A stretch of 64,000 nucleotides of DNA from Antedon mediterranea (lineage: Eukaryota > Animalia > Echinodermata): NCBI RefSeq assembly GCF_964355755.1, contig NC_092673.1, positions 4,154,001 through 4,218,000 of the forward strand. Reading direction: 5' to 3'. Every line of letters starts with the position of its first letter. Position 1 is the stretch's first letter. This document shows, in pieces, positions 1 through 13,500 of the stretch. Under the pieces are notes generated by a model. The model was not told the DNA's origin, made no database searches, and saw only the letters and a list, made by a program, of their open reading frames with translations. The position numbers were made by a program, and so were the translations under genes.

Positions 1-740
1 TGTTGTCTCAGAAGTTCTTAACAAAAGTAAATAAATTGAAATATGCAATATGTATGTTAAGGTTCCCAAATTATGTTCAGAGAACATTTATAAATTCATC
101 TAAATAATCAAGGTGTACATATGCAGTTTTGTTTTAAACATACAGCGGCATTATGTGAGTAATAATTTTGGTTACAAAAGTATTGTAAACACTTCTCTAT
201 AAACAAAAAAATATTCACTGTTGTGAAATTTACAGTAAAACAATGTATTATATATAAATAAATATAATATTTATTATTTTGGCATTATAAACTGTATATT
301 CCCAGTATGTACATACAGTATGCATATAAAATGAATATATGTATATATAGCTATGTGTTTGATATGCATACTTATATATACTGTATAAAGTTTAAAACTG
401 TAAATATTTTTTTATATAAGTACATACAAAATGCAAAGAATCTCATTAATATTGGTTATTTATGTATTTTCTTTGAATCTAGCATTCAATTCTGACCACA
501 TTCGTCTTGGATGACCTAAATATCCTGTTTAGTATATTTATGTTTTAAATTCACTGTTATTTAAGTACCGTAATATTGGTAAATTTAAATTATACACAAC
601 ATGCAAGTATATGTAGGTTTAATATATGGTGTTGTGGTGTGTCCTGGTGACATGGTACCCTGGTGGTATGCTACCATGGTATGGTGATATTATAATGCCC
701 TAGTGATAATAGTACTCATTACTAATCCGTGTGTTGCCTT

Positions 741-1297
741 GGCGACATGGTACCTTGGTGACATGTTGGTAACATGGTACCTTGGTGACGTTGGTAACAT
801 GGTACCTTGCTGACATGTTGGTAACATGGTACCTTGGTGACATGTTGGTAACATTGTACCTTGGTGACATGTTGGTAACCTGCTACCTTGCTGACATGTT
901 GGTAACAGGCTACCTTGCTGACATGTTGGTAACATGGTACCTTGGTGACATGTTGGTAACATGGTACCTTGGTGACATGTTGGTAACATGGTACCTTGGT
1001 GACATGTTGGCAACATCCTACCTTGGTGACATGTTGGTAACAGGCTACCTTGGTGACATGTTGGTAACATGCTACCTTGGTGACATGTTGGTAACATGCT
1101 ACCTTGCTGACATGTTGGTAACCGGCTACCTTGGTGACATGTTGGTAACATGCTACCTTGGTGACATGTTGGTCATGCTACCTTGGTGACATGTTGGTGA
1201 CATGTTGGTAACAGGCTACCTTGGTGACATGTTAGTAACATGCTACCTTGGTGACATGTTGGTAACATGCTACCTTGGTGACATGTTGGTAACATGG
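741..1297. repeat. 27-bp minisatellite (GGTGACATGTTGGTAACATGGTACCTT), about 20 copies
   Basis: Tandem 27-nt unit read directly; it explains the 9-aa repeat ORFs on both strands (CHQGTMLPT / LGDMLVTWY). Confidence 0.95.
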
Positions 1298-3329
1298 TAA
1301 TGTATCTGATATCTTGGTGGTATGACACCAATATGGTATGCATGCTTCCATTCTGGTTACTAGGTATGATGGTATCATTTTTAACTGCTTTAAACTTGGG
1401 TATAGACCAGTTAATAGATGCCTTAAGCAATCTCCTTCAGTGTTATCCTAGTCAAGCTAAGAAGCTAACCCAGTCAAGGAAGCTATCAACAGTCGGACCC
1501 AGCATATATTTGGATTCTAAAGAAGACTGCCTCTTGGATGCGACTGGCATCAGTGGGAGAAACGAAACTGCACTGTACTGTACTTACAGCAACTATTGTG
1601 TAGTTAACTGTAAACCATTCCATGGTTGTTAAATTATTACATAGTGTCTTTATCATACCCATTCTTAATTGTTCCCATAGTGCCCTATTTCTCATGCGAC
1701 CTTATTCTTTTTTATCAACCGTGTCTTTCGGATAGGACTTTAGGCCATAGCCCATCATATATAATTAAGTAAATATACCTATGTTTAGGAAATGACAATT
1801 TAAGTAAATCTTGAATATTCATAGATTATCCTTGCTGGCACATAACAAGAAAACCCTATCCAATATCAAAATATTAAACTACGAACTAGTTGGTCAAAAA
1901 AAATGTGATGTGCCCAAATATGGTAGTGATATGATGTCATATGGGCACATCACATTTTTTTTGTCACATTAAGTTTGATAATATAGAGCTTTATAACTGA
2001 TATTGGGGGAAAATCTCCTATTTTTGCCTTACCTTATATCAAGGATTTGATACTACTATTGGACACATAACACTGAAATACAAATTAATAAATTTATATC
2101 ATGCCTTTAATGTAAAATACTTAATTGTAAAATGTATTGTATATGTTAACATGATGTCAGTGGTTTTCAACGTTCCATTGATATTAACTATTGTGCCAAA
2201 ATAGATTTTTTTTTTTCAAGATTTAAAATCTGACATTCAAATGTATTATTTTATTACATGGTTAATTCATTTTGATTAAGATTCACAAAGATATTTCGTC
2301 AATGTCAACAATAGTTTATACACAACTGAGCAGATAAACTAAGTTATTTTGTGTATATGATTTCACCTAGTTGTACTGTTGGCTTTCTACGAAAGTGATT
2401 AACTTTATGAAAATAACATACTCAACGTATGATTTAATTGATTTTCTATTTTTGAGGGGAAAATACATCTTTAAGGTGAATTTTGTTATTTTTGTGCAAA
2501 CTTTTTGTAGAAGTTAAACTAAAGTTCATGTATTATGAGAGTAAGGAGGTTTTCGTTTTAAAATAACATCAACACAAAATATATAGGTTATAGTTCATCC
2601 TAAATCGAAAGCGTCTTATCTTAAACTTTCTAGTTACGATTTTTGCCTTTTTATTCAATTTCTTAACATGCACTACTCAAATAATTGTTATAGATTTACC
2701 TATTGAGTAAATCCTTGCCTCTGTAATATCCACATTGTAAATAATGTTATGTTGTGGACAATTTTAAATATTTATGTTTTTTCAAACAATTCCTCTAAGT
2801 ATGTAATTAGTAAAATCAAAAGAAAATTATTATGTATTTTATTCAAGAGAGTAATTTAAAAGTTTTACTTGAAAGACATTTTTGTTTTTAATTGTTTCAA
2901 TGCAAGTCTTTATTAAGTAATTAAGATCAACAGAAGTTAGCTTTCTTTTTATGTTTTGTCTCAGAAAACGTTTTTCTTTTTACAAATTTATTTAAATTAT
3001 AACAGTTTGTAAATATTTAGCTGAAAGCTATGTTTAACGGCACACAATGATTTATTTTTTAAAATCTTGTTTGCACGTAGGTCGTAAATAAATTTGAGAC
3101 TTAAATGTTTTAAAACTAACATTTTATGTTTTGTGTAGGATTGGTCTTAAAGACACATGTTTAGAGAAGTTAATTTTAAACAATTCACACTTTTTCTTTA
3201 GTCAATGTACAAAATTATGCATTTTGTATTTATTGTGTGGATATTTATTTTCCCTAAGTGTGTTGAGATTGGTTTATGCACCTGGGAGTGTGGTAAGGTA
3301 TGGCAATGGGACATTGTTGGGACAGTGTT

Positions 3330-3830
3330 TAAGCAGGGTATTACAACATCAGTGGGGAGGGTGTTTTAACAGTACTGTTAGCAGGATGTTATAACAGCAG
3401 TGGGCAGGGTGTTGAAACAGCAATGTGGGCAGGGTATTATAACAGCAGTGGGGAGGGTGTTATAACAGCACTATGGGCAGGGTGTTATAACATCAGTGGG
3501 CAGGGTGTTATAACAGTACTGTGGACAGGGTGTTATAAAAGCAGTGGGGAGGGTGTTATAACAGCACTGTGGGCAGGGTATTCGACCCATTATAACAGCA
3601 GTGGGGAGGGTGTTATAACAGCACTGTGGGCAGGGTGTTATAACAGCACTGTGGGCAGGGTGTTATAACAGCACTGTGGGCAGGGTGTTATAACAGCACT
3701 GTGGGCAGGGTGTTATAACAGCAGTGGGGAGGGTGTTTGTACTACTGTGAGGGTGATTTGGAACAGTCGTGGGGACAGTGTTTAAGCAGTGGGCAGGGTG
3801 TTATAACAGCAGTGTGGAGAGGGTGTTTGA
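3330..3830. repeat. G-rich 23-25-bp minisatellite (ATAACAGCACTGTGGGCAGGGTGTT)
   Basis: Tandem units with 23- and 25-nt variants; edges are degenerate. Confidence 0.9.
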
Positions 3831-4216
3831 AACGGGTGGGGGGGGGGGGAGGGTGTTGAAAGAAGAGTATTAGAAATACTGTAGTAGTAAGATAAGGCTA
3901 GGCTTCCTTTATAAACGATTGCTTTCTTCACGCAATGAATGTATTGTTGTTGTATTTTAATATTTAAACACCGTTTGTTTATTTGATATTTGGGCGAAGA
4001 TAGTTTGTAATTAAAATAGTGCAATTTAGCCCAATTATTGTCTTGCATTTGTACTTTTTGTGTTTTATTTTCCGCGTGTACCAGGAATTTTTAATTTTGT
4101 AAAGAAGAATGGATGATTCCATGGAACCACGTTTTAGGTAAGTATACAGTATTAAATATTTATTTTCTTACTATATTTTATATAAACACGCATGTTCCTG
4201 TTTATTTGATATATAA

Positions 4217-4341
4217 AGCGTGGTTCCCAGGACGTACGCGCAAAGCAAGCGGGTTGACCAAATGACAAGCAACTGTTCGAATAATCCATGGCTTGTGATT
4301 GGTCAAATTACTTGCGTTGCGTCGCTAGTGGGAACCAAGCT
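4217..4341. mobile_element. MITE family B (TIR AGCTTGGTTCCCACTAG; Tourist/PIF-Harbinger-like)
   Basis: Terminal inverted repeats with TAA flanks. Related copies lie at about 27555-27690, 33551-33667, 34183-34230, 34662-34819, 50073-50231 and 52206-52724. Confidence 0.8.
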
Positions 4342-7300
4342 TAAAGAGTCGGTCAACTTACGCTATAGGCAGAGTGACAGATACAATTTTAAAATTGATT
4401 TTTACCATGTATCGTAGAAAACAATTATATTGTAATATTTCTAATTTTAATAACCTTTTGGTGGGTCTTAAGTGAAGTAACTCGATAATGCGTGCCTAAA
4501 GAGTATGATAGGTCAGGTGTGCAATTAAACAATGTCCTCATTCAATCGATAAATCTCCCTTTCGTGATACTGATAAATTCCACTAAACCAGGCTAAATCA
4601 CACATCTATAAACCGTTCAATTCATTCAGATATAGGAATATATTGCAAGAGGAAGCGTAAGGAAGGAGAACAACGTATAAAGATGCCGAAAACGTACTAT
4701 AACCCGAACTTGCATAAAGCTCAGGTAAGACCATGATGACACAGCGTTAAAGTGTAGGTATTGTGTATAGTTTTTGTTATCCCACGATGTCTGAGCTGAA
4801 GTGTATGTATTGTATAGTTTTGTTTTTATCTGGCGGACAATGTCTGAGATGAAGTGTATGCATTGTATATTTAATTTAGTTGATGAAGTGTACACTTTTT
4901 CACGTTTTTATGATAAAAATCACAAAAAAAAACAGTCGGTCTCATTATACTGATAACAAACAATGAAACGTTGTTATCTCAACAAGAATCTGGAAGTCCG
5001 ATATTGAGTTTTAATGGAATATTGATTTAGATCAGAGTGAAATTTTAATCTCGTTTTTGTCATACTTTTTTAGATAATATAAAATAATTTTGGTACGCAC
5101 AAAAATCGGACAAAAAGACCGATTCAAACAGAGTATTGTAAGGTCAATCCCCATCTATCGCTATTACAATTATTTATTTATTTATTTTATTTCAGAAATA
5201 TTTATTTCTCTTTTCTGTTCTATGTACAGAGTCTGTGATAAATAAATTATAAATAAGGGCGGCGAAACCAACGATCCTGAACAACTTCCTATCAATTTAG
5301 GATCCGGTATTTTTGGTTCTTTAACATTAATGTCACCATCAGGATGATCAGAACGTAGGCTAAATTGTGTGAATAAAATCTAGATTTCTTTAATCCCTGG
5401 TTGTTTCAAATATTAATAATTTAAGCACCAAAAATAATCCAGGGATACATGTATGTCGTCACAAACGGACTTAATGATTAAAATTGATTATTACGAGTAT
5501 TGTTGATTTAAAATTGCGAGAGTGCTGACGATATTATTAATGCGAACTAATAATACTGTAAAGTAATTAAATAATTATTTCCTTTGGTTCCTTTTAAATT
5601 GTTAAGCATCAATTAAAAAATTCCATACCTATGGAAACCACAAAATCATTCAAGCTATGCCTTTAAAATCCCTATAGCTAGCTATGAATAGTTAGGCACG
5701 TCACTGATGGAACAAATGCGTTATTTCTTCAACAAATGGCGCCGTGATCCGTTAATAAACTTTTTAAGTAATCGTTATTTATTTAGGATAACGGTGATCA
5801 TTAATTCGACCAATATTTCGTGACTAATTCCTCTGTGACCCGATGCAGACGCTCATTGTATGCCTCAGCTGCCATGATTGAACCATTACGTCCTTATATT
5901 CAATTGGATGTAACTTTGAACTATACATGTGTCCAACAGTAATAGGATACTTGTATAATTATGTACTGTTTTATCCTCGATTGTTTAATTTGCAAAGTTT
6001 ATATGTGTAATTCCAGAAGAATTAGAGGTCATAATTGTATACGAATGGTCCAGGTGCGGGAGATATCCGATAATATATTGCAAACTATTTCTTATCAAAA
6101 TATTGAATCTAGGATACCTTGCCTATTTAGATCTAGTCATGCAAAATGAAAGAAAGTCGCAATATAATATTTGACTTTTTAAACTTTCGTTTTATTGCTA
6201 TGTCAACCGTAAATCGTCTCTTTAAAAAACTTTGTAAGTCTAAAGAGGGCGCTCTACCATTTAAAGTTGAGTCACCAACTTCTAATCGTACAATTGAACC
6301 TCATATTTCCAACTAAATATTTTGTTTAATATATTATAAAGAAGACTGGCATCATTAAATGTTTGCATGTAAGATGTTTTATTTATAATTTATACATATG
6401 TTAATGACTAAGCGCTGAAATATGTGTGTTTACCGGCTATTTGGTAGGTTAAGTAAGTGGACCTGTCCTTAAGTGTGGTAGGCCTGGTTTAGTACAGGTA
6501 AGAGAGTATTCTGACAGGTTGGCATAGGAGGAAATCGTTGAACTCAGTACCACTTGACACTGGCTCATACTGGCCTAGGAACCAACAGTAAATCAAGTAG
6601 GCTAGCACTAATTCTGAGAATTCTAACACTACTGTACTTTCGCAGCTCAATCTCTCTAGAGCTTTTTAACCAAATAAAAATAACATTCTCTGATACGTTG
6701 CGTAGATGATGGTTGGTGACCGTGCAAGTCTTCAATGCCCAGCATTTTTTTTAAAGTTAGTTCAAAAGCATTTGTAATGTTGCTGATCTAAGACAAGTCT
6801 TTCATCGATGAACCAAATGGCAACCCAAAAAAACTGAAACTATTAAAAAATTGTATCGTTTGAACACTTAGTTCACACGCTCATACCTCACTTTCACCAT
6901 CTGCTCTCACAGTTCTTATACTGTACAGTAGCACTCGTCATTGCAGTACTTATGATGATAAAACTATATAAGTCTCAGATTATTACAAGAATATATTGAT
7001 TTAGCTTGTGATCCAGTAGTGATGCTAAAAATACATACAACGCATAATTCATGCATTAATATTAGCTCCCCAATTGTCAAAAGGTTGAATTTACTTTCAA
7101 TTGTTGAAGTATAGGCTTTTCAAAATATTACGTATTCTAATCCCATTAGTTAAATTCAGGAAACTCCATGCAAGTCACTACAGGAAACAATAGGGAATAT
7201 ATTAATATCAAAAGTTTACTGTGCAATATGTATTTACAAAAAAACATGTGTCATTGATTATTGTGTATATAAAGGTACAATTCGAATATAATTGTTAATT

Positions 7301-7536
7301 TCATATCATTTTTCTTATTGAGACCTGTTATAAATGGTGAGTAGCCTACGGTATTTAAAATATTTTGTTTTTGTTATGGAAATCAAACTCATTCTCTAAC
7401 TATAAAAGCTAAGCTAAGTTTGTAGAGTATTATTGTAGATTGTATGAACTATTAACACGCAATTAACATAATTTTTTTTTAAACATAGACTTTGAATAAC
7501 AATCAGCAGAAAAGCACTGACAACAGAAGACGAAGC

Positions 7537-10500
7537 ATGCCACGAAGAACAGTCATAGAAGCTAAGGTGGTGGGTGCGGAGAAACGAGCAGTTCCACGCA
7601 AACATTATGTGAGTATTTTAAAGTATTTTAAGAACAGTCATAGAAGCTAAGGTGGTGGGTGCGGAGAAACGCACAGTTCCAAATGCAGAACTAATAATTA
7701 ATGTGTTTAGGTGTTTTGTTTGTAATGAGATATTGTTGTACAGTTTTCTTCAGGAAGCAGCTATGTATTCATGTTGCATCTGAGTTTTGTGATATGTGAC
7801 CCACGCTAAACTTTTGAACCTTTCAATATCATAATTCAAATCTGAAGTATTTAATGCGATATTCTTTTGTAAAAAAAAATGGTTGTCATCGCATATACTC
7901 TGTTTCTTTATCAGGAACCCGTGACACCACATATTACCTCAATAAAGAGAAATATTTTACTGTATTCAAGGTAGCAATCTTGTTTATCCAGAAGACATTT
8001 GATGTAGTCAGGATTTTGTTTAAATTGAGCTGTTATATTCATATCCACCAAAGTGCTCAAGCCGCTTAAACAATATTACAAGTTTAGAACCCAAATGTCC
8101 ATATATTTTTATAAATTTTTATTTATTCAACTTCTCACTAACTCTGTTAGTTAGTGGATCTGGACCAATAGGTGGTAAACACCTCTATATAACGGTCCAG
8201 TCCCAATTGCGCAGTGACTGCTTGTGACAGTGGCTGTGTTTGTGTGGACTAGTACACCGGGGTAAACCCCTAATCGTACCTTATAATATGAGGCTTAGTA
8301 GGGGTTGTCTATAGTGGTAAAACATATATTTCGTCTGAATACGTTTGTACGAAAGCCGCTAGTCATTTATTGTTCCAACCATTTCCCAAAGTTTGCCTAT
8401 TTATAGTACAGGATACAAGTTAATAAAATATATTGAATACAATACTCCCACCTCCATTATATAATAACATTCCATAGAGGTTTAACTTTGAAACGGTTGA
8501 TTAATTAGTTATTGTATAATAAAAAGTTCCGATTTGTATAAACTTGTTTTTGACATTCTATTGAAAATAAACTAAATAATCAAGATAGGGTTATTAAAAA
8601 GGTAAACTGGGAGCTTTTTAACCTATACAATACCATTGGTTATTTATATACTCCACTGTTGTCACAATCAGATAAAATTATAACATGTTTCAAAATATAG
8701 TAAAACATCTGTATTAAGAGGACACATTTGGGACCCAGCAAGGTTTTCTCTCAAATAGGAAGTCCCCTAAAGTTCTGCCTACGCTATCAAACTAGTTTGA
8801 CAAAAAAATATGTGATGTGCACAAATATGTCAGTGATATGCTCAAATATGGTAGTGATAATATGACATCATTATGTCCATATATGGGCATATCACATTTT
8901 TTTTATCACATAACATTTGATAGTGTATACAGATACTCTAGTAGCTAGATCAACTTTCGTATGCACTTTGAGGTCCAGAGAATTTGACTTCAGAAATTGG
9001 TTTAGGGTGGTCAAACAATCATTTTTGGCTTGGTTACACATTTTGAAAATGTGGCGAAAGGTCAAAAGGTCAGGGTGAAAGGTCATAAGACCAAACACCA
9101 ATATGTCCTTAAATCTCAACAACCACTGGTCACAGCGAAGTAATTTTGGTCTCAAATTGATCAAAAGGTATACATTTATATTCAGTCTAATGGGACATTT
9201 TAGTTTAAAATGACCGGAAATGCCATTTCTGACCTTTGACCCACAACCCAGGGCATGTATTTATCTCCGTAACTACTGATCATATATGGGCATATCACAT
9301 TCTTTTTATCACATAACATTTGATAGTGTATACAGAGCTTTAGGTGTTGGTAAAACATGTCATTTCTCATGTTTGTTTCACACAAAAGTTTCTCCTAAAT
9401 AGTGGTCTCCCAAATTAGGGTTATAATGTATTATTTTGGTATAGTTAGTTTGAAAGTGTCCGGTCCCCTAAATAGGAGTTTTAAAAGATGAGTTTTTACT
9501 GTACGATTGATTGGAACCAGTTCACTAATTATGTTATTCTTTGAAATTTTATTTCAATTATCACAATTACAGAGATGTTTACCTAACGTGCAGTTAGTAT
9601 TGGCCTTACCTTGACAGTGATTGTTGACAAATCTAGTGGGTTTTTAAATCCATGCTTATTATTTGATAGAAAGATTAAGAGATCCTTAATGCAATGCTAA
9701 ATTATAAATAGTTTTCCATGAATTAATTGACGCCTGCCCACATAATAAGTTATGGAAGGTTAAAACTCTGTCTACACTACCAAACTTTATGTGACAAAAA
9801 AGTGATGTGCCCATGGACATGATGTTGTCATATCACTACCATATTTGGACATATCACTACCATATTTAAGCATATCACTACCATATTTAAGCATATCACT
9901 ACCATATTTAAGCATATCACCACCATATTTGGGCACATCACACTTTTTTGTCAAACTAGTTTGATAGTAATAGTATAGACAGAGCTTAAGAAAGCTAGGA
10001 TATTGACAAATATTTTGATGGTTTTTCACCCTAATACTTAATTAAACACAATACCCATGAAAAATGTGTATATTTCATTCAATGAATTGGTAACTTACAA
10101 GCTACAGTTACAATGATTACATTCAAATAAAAAAAAAAATTATAATAATACTTTGAATCAATTTTAATATATGGCAATTTAACATTAATTTACATGGACT
10201 GACTCATCCACCTGCTAATTTGCATACAATATTACCATAAACTTGATTCACATCAAATCAATCGTTATTTTAAAAATCTTCTGTATCACTGTCAGTTCAT
10301 AATCAAGATCCCACTTCAAATAAATCTCAATATACTTAAAGGGTTAACACAATTGCATTAAATAAGGAAATCTGTTACTATACAGTTAGTTAAAATGAAA
10401 CTGTACAATTCATGACTTCATCTGTCTATGGACCTGTTTGTGTTGCGAACGAATAACTGAGTAATAACCATGAGAATAATTTACTCCCGTTTTCTTAACA

Positions 10501-13500
10501 TCAGAAACACGACCAATTTACAAAAACTGGTTAAAATGATGGTGTTCTTATAAATAATAGTTAAAATTATCTGCAACGCAAAATAACAATTATTTGACTG
10601 ACTACCGTCATCATTTAGGTTAATGTTAACATTTTTCATTGAATGATTTGTTGGTAGCACAAACGTAGAGATGTTAATATAAGAAAATAGTTTTTCTATT
10701 TTCTTATATACTGTGAATTTTTTTTTATATAGTAGTCTAATAACCTAACAATAATTATGACTACTATACAACCTTTCCACAGTGTGACCTAGATTGTTTT
10801 ATGTTATGCCTAATTGAGATTCCTTACCTAGGGCTGAGGTACACTGTACAAGAAATAGTTGAAATCTATATAGGAAATATTTTTAAAAATAAAAGTTTCC
10901 CTGCACATACATATTGTCAGACGTTAACTTTTTATATGATTATTTATGGTTATACCGTGTTTGGTTATTTAGCATTGTCTGTTAAATTGATCAAACTGCA
11001 TGTGTTTGACATTGAACTACCGAACGTGAGTTTGAATCCAAAGCTTGTCGCATTGCTTTTATCTTTAGGCAAGACACTTACGTTTGCCTCTCTCCACCCA
11101 GGTGTACAAATGGGTACCTGGTAAGGTAAAAACTCAACTGCTCTGATTACTAGCTGCATTGTGGGAGTATGTTTCCATACATGTTTAATCCAACATTACC
11201 AGGGTTATAATGTGAAGCGCTACGCTTAGAGGCGTTGTGCATTTAAAATGGCTATTATAAGAAAGATGTTTTTCTTTTCTTTTCTTTCAGGTTTATGTTA
11301 TCCATGTGACTTGGTCAGATGGCTCTGTTAATGTCATCTATAGGCGCTACAGTGCTTTCTTTGATTTTCAGGTAATTAGATTTTTTTTTTAAATTATGTA
11401 TATTTTAAGGCTTATATATTGCACAGTTCAGTTTTAGTGTGTATTCAATTTGTCATGCTTAACCACATAGCCATACTGCTGTCTATTTATATTTTGTGCA
11501 GTCTGTTTTAGTAGTATGCAATAACCACATACTATTGTCTCATGTTTCTATTATATTTTCTAGGTAAAACTTTTAATGAAATATCCTGAAGAAGCTGGAT
11601 CGAAAAACCCACAACAAAGGAGTATTCCATTCATTCCTGGTGAGTAAAGCTCTGTCTACACTATCAAACTTTATGTGACAGAAACATGTGATGTTGCCAT
11701 ATATGGACATGATGTCATATCACTACCATATTTAAGCATATCATTACCATATTTAAGCATATCACTATCATATTTGGGCTTTTTTTTTTTGTCACATAAA
11801 GTTTGATAGTGTAGACATAGCTTAAGGCATTCAGACCATTTGACACATAATGAGTATTAACAAACATATTCATGCGTGTTAATTAATTTATTACTAGGCC
11901 TACTTTTTCTTTCTAATGTGCATTCTATTTTTGTGAGATCTTGTACTCTGAGGCACAGTATGCATAACAGTGGCGGATGGAGGGTCCCGCCCAGGGCCTA
12001 AAAATGGTGAAATGAAGGGCTGAGCTTAATTTGATGTTCTATCTTTTGCATTACAATTTCTGGAATTTAGGAGGCGGGGCCTCCTTGAATCCGCCTCTGC
12101 ATTACTTTATATTACACATTTGATATATGCCCTGCATAATTGATTATTGTAAAATTAAAGTACTGTATTTTGCCTGATGGAAGTGATGTCATGATGTATA
12201 ATAATAATTTGTTTTTTACAAATTTTGTGGTGGGGTTTTTTGGGGAATATTTTGATTCTGTTTGTGACTGAGAAGTATTAGAAATTATGCAGTATCATTA
12301 AAAGGAAATAATGCGGATGTAGTTAACAATGAATTTTTAACAATCAAGCATTTAAATGTGCAGGTTTTCTGTTGATGAGGTATGAAAACCAAAAAAAAAA
12401 TTTATGATCTTTGTGGGGGAGGCTTTACTAATAATTCAGTAACCGTATATTACAATATAACATTGTACTAACATTTATTTCAGACTTAAACAGTCCATAG
12501 TATACATAAAAACAAACACGTAATAAATATAAATTAGTACAATAGCTAATATTCCATTTCCTGAATAATGAAGAATACATGCATGGTTGTGTATAATATA
12601 AGTCCTAAGCTCTGTCTACAATCAAACTTTATGTGACAAAATGTGCCCATATATGGACGTGATGATGTCAATACCATATTTGGGCATATCACTACCGTAT
12701 TTGAGCATATCACTACCATATTTAAGCATATCACTATCATATTTGTGCACATCACACTTTTTTGTCAAACTAGTTTGATAGTGTAGTCACAACTTTACAA
12801 TGCTGTTGCCTGAATTTGATATACAGTAAAATACATTATTAAATAGATATATAACAATATTTCAAATAGTACGAATTATTTAATATTGTACTACGATACT
12901 CCACTGTATTATTTGACACTTCATTCTTCAATTCAAGGCAGAATTTTACCATCTACACTCTTACAAATTAAATATATGTTTAGTATGAATAATGAATTTG
13001 TTTTGAATTGTTATATTTCACCAGTACAGCGTAATAACATGTTATTTTTCTATGCACCATTGATAGAAATAAATGTTAATAAATGAAATATTGTACAACA
13101 AAGTTCATTGCTATAAAAGTCAACTGACCCTGTTACCCCTAAAATTAAATTGTTTTTTTAAACAAAATTTGTAATACCTGTACATAATTTATAAATGATT
13201 TCCATAGGTTTCTACCTAAGATGTCAAGTTCATTACCAACCATTAGTAATCTTTAATTGTGGTTTTATTACAATCCAAGTAATAACCTTGTTATTAATAG
13301 GAAATGCTCTATGACTAAATGGGTACTGTATATTGTATGTAAATTTATAGTTTAATTGCTTATTGTACAACAATGCTTACATTGTTACAATTCTATTTTT
13401 GTTTGTCTGTTATTGTTTCTCTGCATACACTACATAACATTTACAATGAAGTTACACAAGTACAATAAAAAAAAAGTCTGCAGAAGGAGGCCAAAATAAG

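Noticed and set aside
690-1430. Repetitive ORFs (CHQGTMLPT / LGDMLVTWY) on both strands
   Set aside because: They result from a stop-free 27-bp minisatellite; there is no splice or homology support.
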